64,000 nucleotides of DNA from Hormiphora californensis (Eukaryota > Animalia > Ctenophora). The DNA lies in assembly GCA_020137815.1 (NCBI GenBank), contig CM035354.1:4588001-4652000 (forward strand), given 5' to 3'. Shown in pieces: positions 32,101-44,016 of the stretch. Positions within the stretch are counted from its first letter, which is position 1. Every line of letters begins with the position of its first letter. The notes under the pieces are model-generated. The model did not search any database, had not been told where the DNA came from, and was given only the letters and a program-made list of their open reading frames with translations. The translations under genes were made by a program, and so were the position numbers.

Positions 32101-33640
32101 TATCTAATTAACGCGATGAGATAGGAACTTAATTTTGGTACCTACCCCCACTAATTCGAGGACGCTGATCACTCTAGTACCCTCGGTTTTTTCTCTACTC
32201 CATTCCAAAGATGGTTTTTACCGTATAACCATAAAACGGCTATGTGCGCATCTAATTATCCAATTATCTAATTAACCTGATAAGATAGAGACTTAATTCC
32301 AGCACCTACCCCCACTAATGCGAGGACGCTACACACTTTAGTGCCCTTGATTTCTTTTCTACTTGTTTCCAAAGACGGTTTTTACCGTATATCGCATTCG
32401 TCCTAGCCTATATTTATGCAGGTGCAAAATAAACCCGGAAATGACCGATTTCTCCATCGCGGTACCCGCGGTAAATTTTTTTGGTGGTTGTAGAGACCCA
32501 TTGGAGGGCCCTGGAAGTGGAATCGCTTTTAGATCAATTACTTCCTTTCGTCACGTTGCATTTCGTTTCACTTTTGCTTGTCTCAGACACCAAAAAGGGC
32601 TATTTTCATCAATAAAATGCAACTCAAATCTGTCTCTAGTTCTCATTTCCATCACACATGACCTCCCAGTTACCACTGCAAACTGTCTCTCGAGCCTTGC
32701 CTGGTCTCATTACTAAATTACAGCTACATTATTGTCCACGTTTCAGATCCGTAGAGAAAGATAGTCTCGACAGTGGATCTGAATAACCTCACCTTCATCT
32801 TCCGCATTTTTGCTCACTTTGAGCACCTTTAAAGCCAAATGACGGCTAAACGGTTGAATATAGAGCTTAAAAGTCCGACGTCGACCCCCAATAACTTGGC
32901 TATTGCCTACAAAATGGCACCAATGAAAAGTCTCTAAACCATTCCTAAGTGGCTATAGCCATGTAACCTAAAAACGGTTATGCGCATACCTAATTATCCA
33001 ATTATCTAATTAACGCGATGAGATAGGAACTTAATTTTGGTACCTACCCCCACTAATTCGAGGACGCTGATCACTCTAGTACCCTCGGTTTTTTCTCTAC
33101 TCCATTCCAAAGATGGTTTTTACCGTATAACCATAAAACGGCTATGTGCGCATCTAATTATCCAATTATCTAATTAACCTGATAAGATAGAGACTTAATT
33201 CCAGCACCTACCCCCACTAATGCGAGGACGCTACACACTTTAGTGCCCTTGATTTCTTTTCTACTTGTTTCCAAAGACGGTTTTTACCGTATATCGCATT
33301 CGTCCTAGCCTATATTTATGCAGGTGCAAAATAAACCCGGAAATGACCGATTTCTCCATCGCGGTACCCGCGGTAAATTTTTTTGGTGGTTGTAGAGACC
33401 CATTGGAGGGCCCTGGAAGTGGAATCGCTTTTAGATCAATTACTTCCTTTCGTCACGTTGCATTTCGTTTCACTTTTGCTTGTCTCAGACACCAAAAAGG
33501 GCTATTTTCATCAATAAAATGCAACTCAAATCTGTCTCTAGTTCTCATTTCCATCACACATGACCTCCCAGTTACCACTGCAAACTGTCTCTCGAGCCTT
33601 GCCTGGTCTCATTACTAAATTACAGCTACATTATTGTCCA
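29118..33640. repeat. Five-copy tandem amplification of a 902-bp chimeric segment (LINE piece, MITE piece and other DNA)
   Basis: Junction GTCCA at 29118, 30020, 30922, 31832, 32734 and 33636. Copy 3 is 8 bp longer. Boundary microhomology TTATAGTCCA / TTATTGTCCA. Confidence 0.95.
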
Positions 33641-34134
33641 ATATTACCCCCCGCCCCACCCCCACCCGCCCTCCCCCACCCACCTCTCCCAATATAGCGG
33701 ACATTGCTAAACACCACACTACAGAGACAATCCTTGTGTTCTGGTGCACTAAGTCGCTTATCGCGTGTAACAATTAACAAATTTTCTTATCTGTCCCGTC
33801 CGCATTGTCTTCTAGAACATTATACATTCTAGTGGTGTCACAATCTGTCTTACCCCGTATTTGTGTTTGATCGTATTCGTTTATCTCTATCTCAACTGAA
33901 AATGGACAGTGGACACACCACTCATCTCATCATCAACAACATCACGGTACCAATCATGCATCAAAATGCTGTAAGTTCAATCTGTCCGTATTGTCTGTCC
34001 ATCTATTGTGTTCACATTTTAAATGATATTATGTAGCATTGGGTTTGAAAAGTGGATGTGGCGATTGAGAGATTTGATTTATATTTTTATTTACTGTTTT
34101 TTAGCTAGCTATAGCTATATATAGCGCCACCAAC

Positions 34135-34330
34135 AGACCCACTCGCAAAGGCAAAGCGTTACCTTGATCCAGACCAACTCCAAGTTACACGCAGAGGCAA
34201 AATGTTACCTTGTTCCAGACCAAACTAAACTCAAGACACCCTCAAAGGCAAAACGTTACCTTGTTCCTGACTAAACCAAACTCAAGACTCTCTCAAAGGC
34301 AAAACGTTACCTTGTTCCAGAACAATCCCA
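34135..34330. repeat. ~51-bp minisatellite, ~4 degenerate copies
   Basis: A GGCAAAACGTTACCTTGTTCC core recurs at ~34150, 34196, 34247 and 34298. Confidence 0.8.
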
Positions 34331-34524
34331 ACTCGGCAGACTTTATGACTGATGCCATAGGTTCCCCCCATTTCATCAAAATCGAGAAAGGGGGGAGCTT
34401 AGCGCCATAGTTACCCATACCCGGGTGGTATGAGGTTTGCTCAGCGTGTGGCTAAGTGACCCTAAAAAAAAAAAAATAAATTACTTCCTTTTTCAGCGAT
34501 AAATCGACGTCATATGACTGGCCT

Positions 34525-34620
34525 ATATACAAAGTCATCCACTTCATCCAGCAACTGTCCATCAGATGTTATGATACCGTTGTGATCTGGACCAATGCTG
34601 TTAGTCATGTACTTCGTCTT
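34525..34620 (-). mobile_element. Degenerate LINE reverse-transcriptase fragment
   Basis: Translates as KTKYMTNSIGPDHNGIITSDGQLLDEVDDFVY, resembling the KTK.M...L..V..F.YLG motif at the end of non-LTR RT domains. Confidence 0.55.
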
Positions 34621-34999
34621 ACTTGATGGTCATACAATACGGGTTTCTGTCGAATCTGAGTTCAGGGGCCCTTGTCAGCGCTGGTTGCATCTTGTCCAAC
34701 CCACGCGCGTCATGCATCCTAAAGGGTCTACATGCGCGTTGCTCACAACTGCTACTTTCAACAGTTCCCAACAACCCGCGCCCTCCATCTTGACATTCTT
34801 AGATCCGTGTAACTTCTCCAGATGTTTCGAGAAGACACAATCCAGCACAAAATACAAAACTCATTACATAACTGGAATGAAGAACTAGGACGCTTTTACA
34901 ATATGAACTCAACTAACTATTACAAATCATGAATCACACACACAAAGAGTGTCTATCTCATAATAACTTAAGGAACGAAGGAGGGGGAGCTGTTTCAAG

Positions 35000-35707
35000 T
35001 TACTCGATGTCCTCAGGTTTCTTGAAGTACTTGTGTCGGTTAACGAAAGCATCCTTCATATCATCACTAACTCCAACAATCTATGAGAGGACGATATGTT
35101 TACATATTGCATGGTCCATTGTTTGATCAAATAGTACGCCCTGTTATTATTGGGCAATGGTTATATTTAACATTAGGATTTGATTATAAAACTCACCAAC
35201 AGTTTGTTGGTATCCTTGTCGAAGTTGCTGTCGTATCGGTTGGGGTTGGTGAAGGGAATAGGGAGACTGAAATGAGCGGGTATCAGTGTTGGGAAAATGT
35301 AATATCTAAAACATCAAATATTCAATACGGATCAAGCGGCTAAAAGATTTACATTTCCCTATACTTACACAATGTTGGGGTCCAGAGCGATCTTCTTGCC
35401 GATCATGAAGGCGGAGAATGAGCAGGCTCCAATAGTGGGTCCAACAATCAGCCACAGCTAATGGAGGAGAGAGATTTGGGTTAGAAATGGAGGAGTCAGG
35501 AGAGAGTGGGAAAACACAGAAATAGCGAGCGAAGTGCACTTCGCTTGGGGTGAATGTTGGAATGTGATAAAAAGGTGCTGGACAATTAGTTCCTACCCCT
35601 TTGTCGTGCTTGAGGGCGTATTTGACGAAGCCAGAGAGACTCGTCATCCACTGGTAAGGGTTCATGTTCATTGGGCCCTTGGGGTAGGGGAGTCCGTGGC
35701 CGCCCAT
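35000..35707 (-). CDS. NDUFA4/COXFA4 (B12D family)-like small single-TM mitochondrial protein, 116 aa, 4 exons
   Basis: Exons 35707-35597, 35457-35369, 35266-35197 and 35080-35000 are in frame: ...VKYALKHDKGLWLIVGPTIGACSFSAFMIGKKIALDPNIVLPIPFTNPNRYD...KLL. The TM followed by (D/N)P.(I/V) and NP resembles NDUFA4. The gene model is solid; the family call is moderate. Confidence 0.7.
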
Positions 35708-36047
35708 AACTACAGAGAGAGCTAGAGAGAAGATGTGATTGGTTAGAATTGCCTTGTTCGACCCTGTCTCACCACGCCCCGCAAGGTAGACATGTAAAGC
35801 GGTGTTATATGATTAGATGACTGGTTAAAATGGTCTATTACTATTTAGTGCACGAGGCCGAAGGCCGAGTGTTCTAAATACAACAATAATGAACCGAGAC
35901 CGATAGGTCGAGATAGATCCTTTTACTTAGCTGCCGAGCCTGCGAGGCACGCTAAGTGTAACTACTGAGCGAGCCTGCGAGCTCTGTAGTTGTACTTTTG
36001 GGCCGAGCTTGCGAGGCCTAAAAGTGAAAGAATCTTTAACATTATTG

Positions 36048-36380
36048 GGGGGGGTGACACGTAACACTTTGTAACACTTTGTAACATGTGCAGAAAACTT
36101 TTTGTGCACGTTACATGTTACAAAGTGTTACAAAGTGTTACAAAGTGTTACAAAATGTTACAAAGTGTTACAAAATGTTACAAAATGTTACAAAGTGTTA
36201 CAAAATGTTACAAAATGGGCATTTTTTGCAACATTTTGCAACATTTTGCAACATTTTGCAACATTTTGTAACACTTTGTAACACTTTGTAACGCTTGTAA
36301 CACTTTGTAACATGTGCAGAAAATATTTTGTGCACGTTACATGTTACAAAGTGTTACAAAGTGTTACGTGTCACCCCCCC
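36048..36380. mobile_element. MITE with G7 termini, 8-bp TSD and 10-bp repeat arrays
   Basis: GGGGGGGTGACACGTAACACTTTGTAACAC / GTGTTACAAAGTGTTACGTGTCACCCCCCC. CATTATTG occurs at 36040-36047 and 36381-36388. The interior is (CAAAGTGTTA)n in both orientations. Confidence 0.88.
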
Positions 36381-36470
36381 CATTATTGTTGTGTAATAGA
36401 GCATGTAAAAGCAGTCATCTAATTTTATTAGATGATTTTGGAAACAAACTGAGTGAACGAGATAAAGATT

Positions 36471-36474
<4 letters not shown>

Positions 36475-36534
<60 letters not shown>

Positions 36535-36570
36535 TAATGTGTGTGTGAGAGAGAGAGAGAGAGAGAGGGA
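36475..36570. repeat. (GA)n microsatellite
   Basis: Direct observation. Confidence 0.9.
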
Positions 36571-36630
36571 AAGAGAGAATCGAAGGCAGAGAGGGAAAGC
36601 AGATGCAGGACGCTCATTGGGGTGGTGCCA

Positions 36631-36708
36631 TCACGTGACGATCACGTGACCTATAGTTGCAGAGGAGAAGAAAAGATAAGGATTAGGGCGTGTGCAGTAG
36701 TGACGTAA
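36631..36708. promoter_or_regulatory. Possible promoter motifs upstream of the NDUFA4-like gene: tandem TCACGTGA E-boxes and a TGACGT (CRE-like) site
   Basis: TCACGTGACGATCACGTGAC at 36631-36650 and TGACGTAA at 36701. Motif match only. Confidence 0.3.
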
Positions 36709-36801
36709 CGTTTATACTGTGTGTGTGTGTGACTAGAAAGTGTCTAATTTTTCACATACCACTGCAACGGTATTTTACTTTATAATTACTACTGTTTTGC
36801 A

Positions 36802-36887
36802 GTGGTCTAAGTTTTCACAGTGCACTGTAACCGGTGGTCTAAGTGGTTAGACCACCGGAAACGGTGCACTGTGAAAACTTAGATCAC
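36802..36887. repeat. Imperfect 86-bp hairpin (MITE remnant)
   Basis: GTGGTCTAAGTTTTCACAGTGCACTGT..CCGGTGGTCTAA-GTGG-TTAGACCACCGG..ACGGTGCACTGTGAAAACTTAGATCAC. Confidence 0.75.
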
Positions 36888-37265
36888 CGGTCAAAATTGT
36901 CTAATAGAACATAACCAGGTTAGAAATGTATATTGAGGTTCAATAAAACGCTGGTTATACACGAGAAAGAACGATAACGAGAAAGATAAAAAGAACAGAA
37001 AGCACAATTTAAGAAACTTAAACCTTTAAATTGTTTGAACATAAATTATAAAAGAAAACAACTCAAGCATACCTTACGTAACAAAAAACAAATTTACAAA
37101 TCTGACACAACTGATAAACTTCTACAAACAAAACTGATTCTTAATTGAATTTTAGTAAATAGCGCTAAATCGCTGTTTCTTTAATTCTACAAACATAATT
37201 TACAGCTCACACAAAACACAGTACACAACAACCCTCTCTACAGACTACAGAAATGTTCAACAAAT

Positions 37266-40200
37266 CTAAGGCACCCTAAACTTGCAGATGTAGTTGTGTA
37301 AAAAGGTGGCGAGAATTCCAGCGCATACAATTCCACAGCTATCAGATACAGACGCCAAGCCAAGGGCGTACTCTCTCTTGTGGTGGGGAACCTAGTAGGG
37401 GGAAATCATGTTATGTTGAAATGATCAACTTGTAATATAAATCCTAGCAAGAAACACCTGATCCAATCAATACCTGTTCGTAGATGGCATAGAAAGAGTT
37501 GACATAACAACCTCCCCCCAGGAGGCCTTCCCAGAATATCATGATCAGGATGATGGAGATGTGAGGGGTGAAGGCGTACCTTGCCTCACATATAAAGTAC
37601 ACCAGATTAATACACTGGGGAAGAAGGGGGTTAGAAAGGATAATGGGAGAAAAAGGGAGGATTAAGGATTTTATTGGGGTTTGGAGAAAAGGGAGGTTTT
37701 GACTTTTGACTTTTGATGGGGGTTGGGAGAAAAGAAAGGCTAGCTGTTGTTTGATGTTTCATATTGTGGGGTATAGAGTTTCAGTCATGGATAGCGTTGG
37801 ATACACAGTTGGGTAGCTGCCAATAGACATACTCCTTACATACATGACACTTCTCGCTAATAATATATTTGTAACATGCGGCTGTCACAAGTACACACAA
37901 ATATACATTCTGACTGTTTCTATGTTTAGAGTCTCTAAGAGAAGTTTGTGACTGATTCTATGTTTAGTGTTGTTTACCTGTAGAATACTGAGCACATGAA
38001 CATGTTTAAAGTGGTAGAAACTAGCACTGGATCTAGATACTGTCACACCCACTTGGTACACAACCTGATACCTGTTGGGAGGGGGAGTTATAAAGTTAGG
38101 AAGGGTTTGTCATGTCATGAATCGACCCTGTTTCACCGCACCCCACACACGAAACAAATGTAAAGGAGGGTTAGAACCTAACAAAGGTTGTCATATGGAT
38201 CAACTGTGTGTAAAGGTGCATTTTCATATAGGAGGGGTTGTATTTTGATTAACACTTACACTCTATATTGTACTGCTGCACTCCACGCCATGTGCTGGAA
38301 CCAGATTATCTCGAATGTCCCCTGGTTAATTAGATATTCAGCCACGTAGACCAAGAACAGTGACATCATGAAATATTTCAATTCCTGAAAATTAAAGGGT
38401 TAATTAAAATCGATAATGATGAAATTATATCACACTTGTACAATAATTGGTTCACCCGTCCGGTGTCTCCCTTACAATTGATTCACATACTAACCCTCCC
38501 TCTGCCCTCATGTCTCCCTTACAATTGATTCACATACTAACCCTCCCTCTGCCCTCATGTCTCCCTTACAATTGATTCACATACTATAACCCTCCCTCTG
38601 CCCTCATGTCACCACTTACCCGGGCAGTAGTATACAGTTTAACAAAAGGTTTCTGATGTTCTGCCTCGTCCGTTAGTATCAGTGCCTCACTAGGCCCATC
38701 TTGGTCCTCCAACAGGGGCTTATCTACATAGTTCCTCTCATTGAATGTAGCTGGCTTTACTAAGACAAACCAGTATCTGCAAGGAATCAGGAATCAGGTC
38801 TCACTCATTCTCTCCTACCCCCTTCCCAAAAAGAAGGGACCTTGTACCCAATATGCATAAGAGGTGATGATTTCGAAGTTTAAACTTACGTTAACATCTC
38901 AATAACAGGGACTAAAACCATGATATAGATGGACTGGGAGGGTGTCAGTACTAGACTGAGGGCCAAATAAGTTGTGGCCCCTAAAATCCCAGCAAAACCG
39001 GTTCCAGAGCTCCAGGCTGTGACGACTGATTTGTCGAAATGTGACGTCATGGCTAGGAAGGTTACTTCTCCGAGTCCAGAACTGAGAGCTGCTATACACA
39101 CCCCTGAATTATAAAGGAGGGTTAGTATAACTGACTGATTCAAATTGGAAATAAAGGGCAAAGGGGGTACTGCTAAATACAGTCGAACCCCGATTTAACG
39201 GCACCCTTGGGGGAAAGGGTTTTGTCCGTTAAATCGGGGTGTCCGCTAAATCGGTGTCAAATACTGTTAGTTTTCTATATCGGGGGAAGATTATGCTGCC
39301 GTTAAATCGGGGTGCCGCTAAATCGGGGGCCGTTAAATCGGGGTCCGACTGTACAGGAGTTAGAATAACTGAGAATAACTAAGATCAAGAGAAGTAAATT
39401 ACAATTGGAAGTGAAGGGGGTACTGTGGGCCCGGGGTACTGCAATATACTTACCAATAATAATAAGGGAGTAGCTTGATACACTAGCGACTACTAGGAAA
39501 GATATCAAAGACAGGAGAATGGCCAATGACACTTTAACACTGAGAAATGGTATTGGTTACTTTTGGAAGCTCATAAACAAAGTTTTGTTACTTGTAATAT
39601 TAGTTAATAAAACATCTTTATTACTTGTAATGCATTTTGTTGATAAACAGTGGAGCTATAGCCTTGATTCCAAAGCTCGGTAGGATGTCTGCAAGGAGGA
39701 TTGCCCCAGTAGATTTAGCTCCACAATACGACGAATCATCATCACTTTTCTAAGGAGAAACTTCAACAGTTTTATTGAAATAAAGTAGAACAAAGAGACA
39801 ACTTACTGCTATAAGATCCACTGCAGCGGATAACATGATAACATAACCAAAGTTGTTGCATATCCCAAATACCCTGTGGAGAGTTTAAGTTTAAGTTTAA
39901 GTTTATGCACAATTTATCACAAAGTCACACACATTAATATATAACTTCGTCCCGCTCTTACACCATACACCAATAAAAGTGATACAAGGCTGAGAGGTGA
40001 AAATATACAGTTCACATCAGCGGTTTCCTAAAGCGGTTTAAACAATACTTAGAGACAGTGAAACATATCCTAGTAGCATTGGATGCACAAAAACGAGGAA
40101 CAATGGAAAATAGAAAACTGAAACAAGGTGATGAACAAACAAAACAAGCAGACAGACATAAAAACAGATTAAAACAGATTAAACACAAAGTCACAGACGT

Positions 40201-40512
40201 AAAACACAACATCAACAGTCAATACAAAACGGTTAATGCAAAAACATGATAACAAACTTACAAGCACATTCACAGACAAACAAACAATCACAAACACATA
40301 TACACAGATTCGGTAATAAATTATAAATTAGCTGTCCTTCAAACACACACTCACTGAAGAGTCCTTGACAAGTTTTTTATCGAGAAAAACGTATTGAGAA
40401 AAACGGTATGAGGGGGTTAGGGGCAAATGCACAGACAAATCTACCGAAAATAATCTGGCACCACTTACCAAAATGAGAGTAAAGCCCTCTTCTGCGATCT
40501 TGACAATTCCAT
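37266..40512 (-). CDS. CLN3: Battenin / CLN3 lysosomal membrane protein, ~10 exons
   Basis: Exons approximately 40512-40469, 39873-39807, 39749-39625, 39539-39454, 39103-38890, 38776-38620, 38384-38259, 38071-37978, 37614-37474, 37392-37266. Motifs: SFWVFGICNNFGYVIMLSAAVDL, STGAILLADILPS, SSGLGEVTFL, AWSSGTGFAG, YVAEYLINQG, YQVGVTVSRSS, EGLLGGGCYVNSF. Confidence 0.94.
38464..38610. repeat. ~47-bp intronic minisatellite, 3 copies
   Basis: TGTCTCCCTTACAATTGATTCACATACTAACCCTCCCTCTGCCCTCA repeated in tandem. Confidence 0.88.
39180..39351. mobile_element. Tc1/mariner-pogo (Tigger-like) MITE in a CLN3 intron
   Basis: TA|CAGTCGAACCCCGATTTAACGG ... CCGTTAAATCGGGGTCCGACTG|TA, with internal TAAATCGG repeats. 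Confidence 0.88.
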
Positions 40513-40816
40513 ATATATTATCAGAACCAGAAAACTCCCAACATAAAGATTGCTAAAAGGGAAGACATTATAAATTATGTGTTGGCAATTGGCATGCGCA
40601 GAGGGGCGATTATAATCTGGGTGCCTTGCAGCGTGTTTACAGGTGCGCGCTACCAAAAGAGTACACTTAGAATTACAGAAATGGAACACGACTGTGCGGG
40701 TGTACCAGTATAGTGTTGTGTTGGCACACGGAGAAGGTGGGAGAGGGACACAACAAGAGTGGGTTCACAATCCACCACTCCTGGTACACCACGCACGTCC
40801 CATGCGACTTATAAAC

Positions 40817-41437
40817 ATAAATAAATAAATAAATAGTAACTAAAATCTCATCATTTTACGTTAAAAGTTCAACTTCGTGCATATTGATGGGCAAGATCTT
40901 CCTCCTGTTCCCTCTAAGGGCGATCAGACAGGCCCTCAAAAGTCCGAATCTCAGCCTTGTTCTGAAGTGGCTGATAACTTCAGCATAGGGTTCCTTGGTC
41001 TTGTCTGAAACCCTCTTCGATAACTTCTTGAGGAATTTCTCAAACTCATCTCCCATGCCGCCAAAGGTGCTCATGACAAGAGGGGTGAATGTTCCTCCCT
41101 CTACCTCTCTGACCCTTTGCCCGTACGCTTGCTTCTTCCCTGCTTCTTTCGATCTGTAGAGGCTGCCCATCGATTGAGTTACGTAAGATGGGGCGTTTGG
41201 ATGGAAGACCCTTACATCAAGATAACTCAACTGCATATCCCTCCAGAGTCCAGTACATACCACGTCCATTCTGGCATCCGGTTGTGTGTTAGCAGCGAAA
41301 TGGAGTTGATGGTTGTTACATGGTTGTAGTAGTTTCTCTTTCTCCACTGCTTTCAATCCACCATAGACACACATTTCCGCAACCAGATCTCGTATTCCAT
41401 CATGGCGGAGGATTGAATATCCTCCTGTACAGCAGAC
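40817..41437 (-). mobile_element. 5'-truncated RLE-type (CRE-like) non-LTR retrotransposon, 3' end
   Basis: C.GGYSILRHDGIRD zinc-knuckle remnant followed by ARMDV...DVRVFHPNAPSY..EAGKKQAY..FTPLVMSTFGGMG (restriction-like endonuclease domain). (TATT)n tail at ~40817-40835. Confidence 0.82.
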
Positions 41438-42179
41438 CGACTTTTTTCAAACGGCTATAATAATAGCCACGCAACCACATGGCTAATTTGAGTAAACTAA
41501 ACGGTATCTGATAGAGAATCGATAGCCCTAACCGATAACCCCGAACCAAACCCTAACCAGACCCTAACGGATAGCCCTAACCCGTCGCGCGCGCTAAAAC
41601 TACGAATTGTTAGCAATGAAAGGCACCCAGATTTTAACGTTTTCCCATTTTTTTTTGCCGGTCGCGGGCCGGGCACAGCTGGGTTTTTTTAGCGTTAGTG
41701 TATTTTACGATGTCAAATCACCCGAAAAATGGAACGCGCGAGTTTCTTCACACAAAAGATTGAAAGCGCTGCCGAAATCAATATCTTTCTAAGCCGCGCA
41801 TATTTTTTTTATTTTTTACTTCCCCAAACTTTTTGATCCAATTTTCTACTTTCTTCGTCTTTCACGGGCCACGGCTCACCCGTAACGTGTGCTCGGGAGA
41901 TACATGACACCAACTAGCTTTGACACTGTTAAAGAGTCATTTAGTGCACATCTAAACAGGCTGAACGATACATTAAATGAATGCGATACTTGAGTTTTGT
42001 GGTTTTTGAAACTATTTTACTGCACTCTGTGCTCAGTCCTATTTAGGAATTTTGTTGGTCGGAACATACTCATGTTTCTAATTATTATAACGAAATTCTT
42101 CATTTACTAGGATTTACATTTGAAGACAGGAGATAGTGTTTCTGAGTCGGAGAATGTAAAAGTTGGGCGGTTTCAGTGT

Positions 42180-43639
42180 ATGGATGGGACCTCCTCGCCC
42201 AATGTGTTTGAGCTAGAGAGGACTGACGATGGGCAGTTCTACCAAGCCGTCCGACATGCCATCGTGAGTATCTCAGCAGGAGAAACTAGCGTGGTACATG
42301 CATAAAGAAGTATGCTGGATGACACACATTTTGTAGAACAATTTTCTCTAGCACACCTGCAGTGTTCAATAAATTTACTTGTGTATGACACAGTTTTTAT
42401 TTTCAGATGGCGATGCTGGTATCTGTGGTTCTCTACATGGTTTCATATGTGATAGTGTGCCGGATAAAGCGACCCCATGTCACTAATGCCTCTAAAGAAG
42501 GTCCGTTATAATCAAATTGCCAATATTAAATTATCCAAACCGATCCGATAAAGCAATTATGTATGTAATGATCAGCATATATTATATTTTCTAATATACT
42601 GTGGTTTTTCAGATGCAACCGAGGCATGCGTATATAGAATAACGTAAGTAGACCTCTCTTATCTTGTACTCCATTTTCCAATTCGCATGCTCGCTCTTTA
42701 TGAGAAGTAAACGTGGAATGAAATTAAAAGAGAATATATTCAAATAGAATATTAGGAAGGAATTGTAACTCCATCCGCTAAATAGCCCATGTCTCTTGTG
42801 CCACTGTAGTTCATAGATGTCCCACTGTACTTGTAACGTAATACAATCCAATTGCACTTCTTCTGGAACCTTTTCCCTCACTAGTCTCTTAGTGATGCAG
42901 CCACCCCTACACTAGCCGCGCGATGTCATCACCAAACCAGTCTCCACTATCCCTAGAATCACAAGAATCATTTGTATGATAACTGATTAAAAAAGGATTC
43001 TTCACTATATAATAACTAATTTCTCCCCCATCAGGATATACCTATGCTCATTTACCCTAAGTGTGAGCTTAGCAGCCAGCCTTCTACTTCCCTCTTCCAT
43101 CCTATCTTGCGAGATTGTCAGACACTACCCCAACTCATACTACATTAAATGGATTAATGGGAAATTGATACAAGGTAAGCTGCGTTTTGTGGTCACGGAT
43201 AGACAGATATAGAAACAGATACAGAGAGAGAGAAGGGAATATATTCTTAGCTCTTAGTTCTAAGAAAAGCCTTCTCGTTCTCCTAATTAAACATTTACAG
43301 GCTCTCACAGCCTGTATGCGAACATGTGTTTGCAAACTGCATATAATGTCAACAGCTGCTAGCTGTCTGTATGTCACTATGTCTGTTTGTAAGTTTGCAT
43401 GTTTGCTAATTTGTCTGTTTCTGAATTATGTTGTTTATGAATTTGTCCGTCTCGGTGGTAAATATTGTCCTAGTTTGTCTACAATTTAGTCTGTCAGATG
43501 ATTCCTAACTATTAGTCTGTCTCCCTGTTAATATGCCAAGGAATTAGTTGAACAATGTTCTGGCTCTACATCCTGCCCGTTAGGGCTGAATGACGGCTAG
43601 TAATTGCTTCGAGAGAAGTTGAGCAATTAACTCATTTTC

Positions 43640-43693
<54 letters not shown>

Positions 43694-43734
43694 ATCTCTC
43701 TCTCTTTATCTCTCTCCTCTCTCTCTCTCTCTCT

Positions 43735-43802
<68 letters not shown>

Positions 43803-43948
43803 GTGCGATGTAGCCATAGTAACGTATACCGCAAGTTATAACTACCTTGGAAAGTGAGTTAAGAACTGGAGATTACTCCATCTCCGTCTCTCTGTATTTC
43901 TGACTCTACTTTTTCTCCCTCTCTCTCTACCCAACCCTTTATAATCCT

Positions 43949-44016
<68 letters not shown>

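Noticed and set aside
29649-33618. Five copies of a 117-143 aa ORF (MFPKTVFT...)
   Set aside because: It has a TTG start, spans a MITE/other-DNA junction and shows no protein motif; it is a by-product of the tandem array.
33902-33970. Possible + strand first exon (MDSGHTTHLIINNITVPIMHQNA|GTAAG)
   Set aside because: No in-phase downstream exon was found; the next acceptor leads to a stop or to antisense LINE sequence.
41527-41583. Interstitial telomere
   Set aside because: Only a few degenerate CCCTAA units are present, more likely part of a repeat element.
42609-42975. Nested antisense gene in the small LMBR1 intron
   Set aside because: All frames are short and interrupted, with no recognisable domain.
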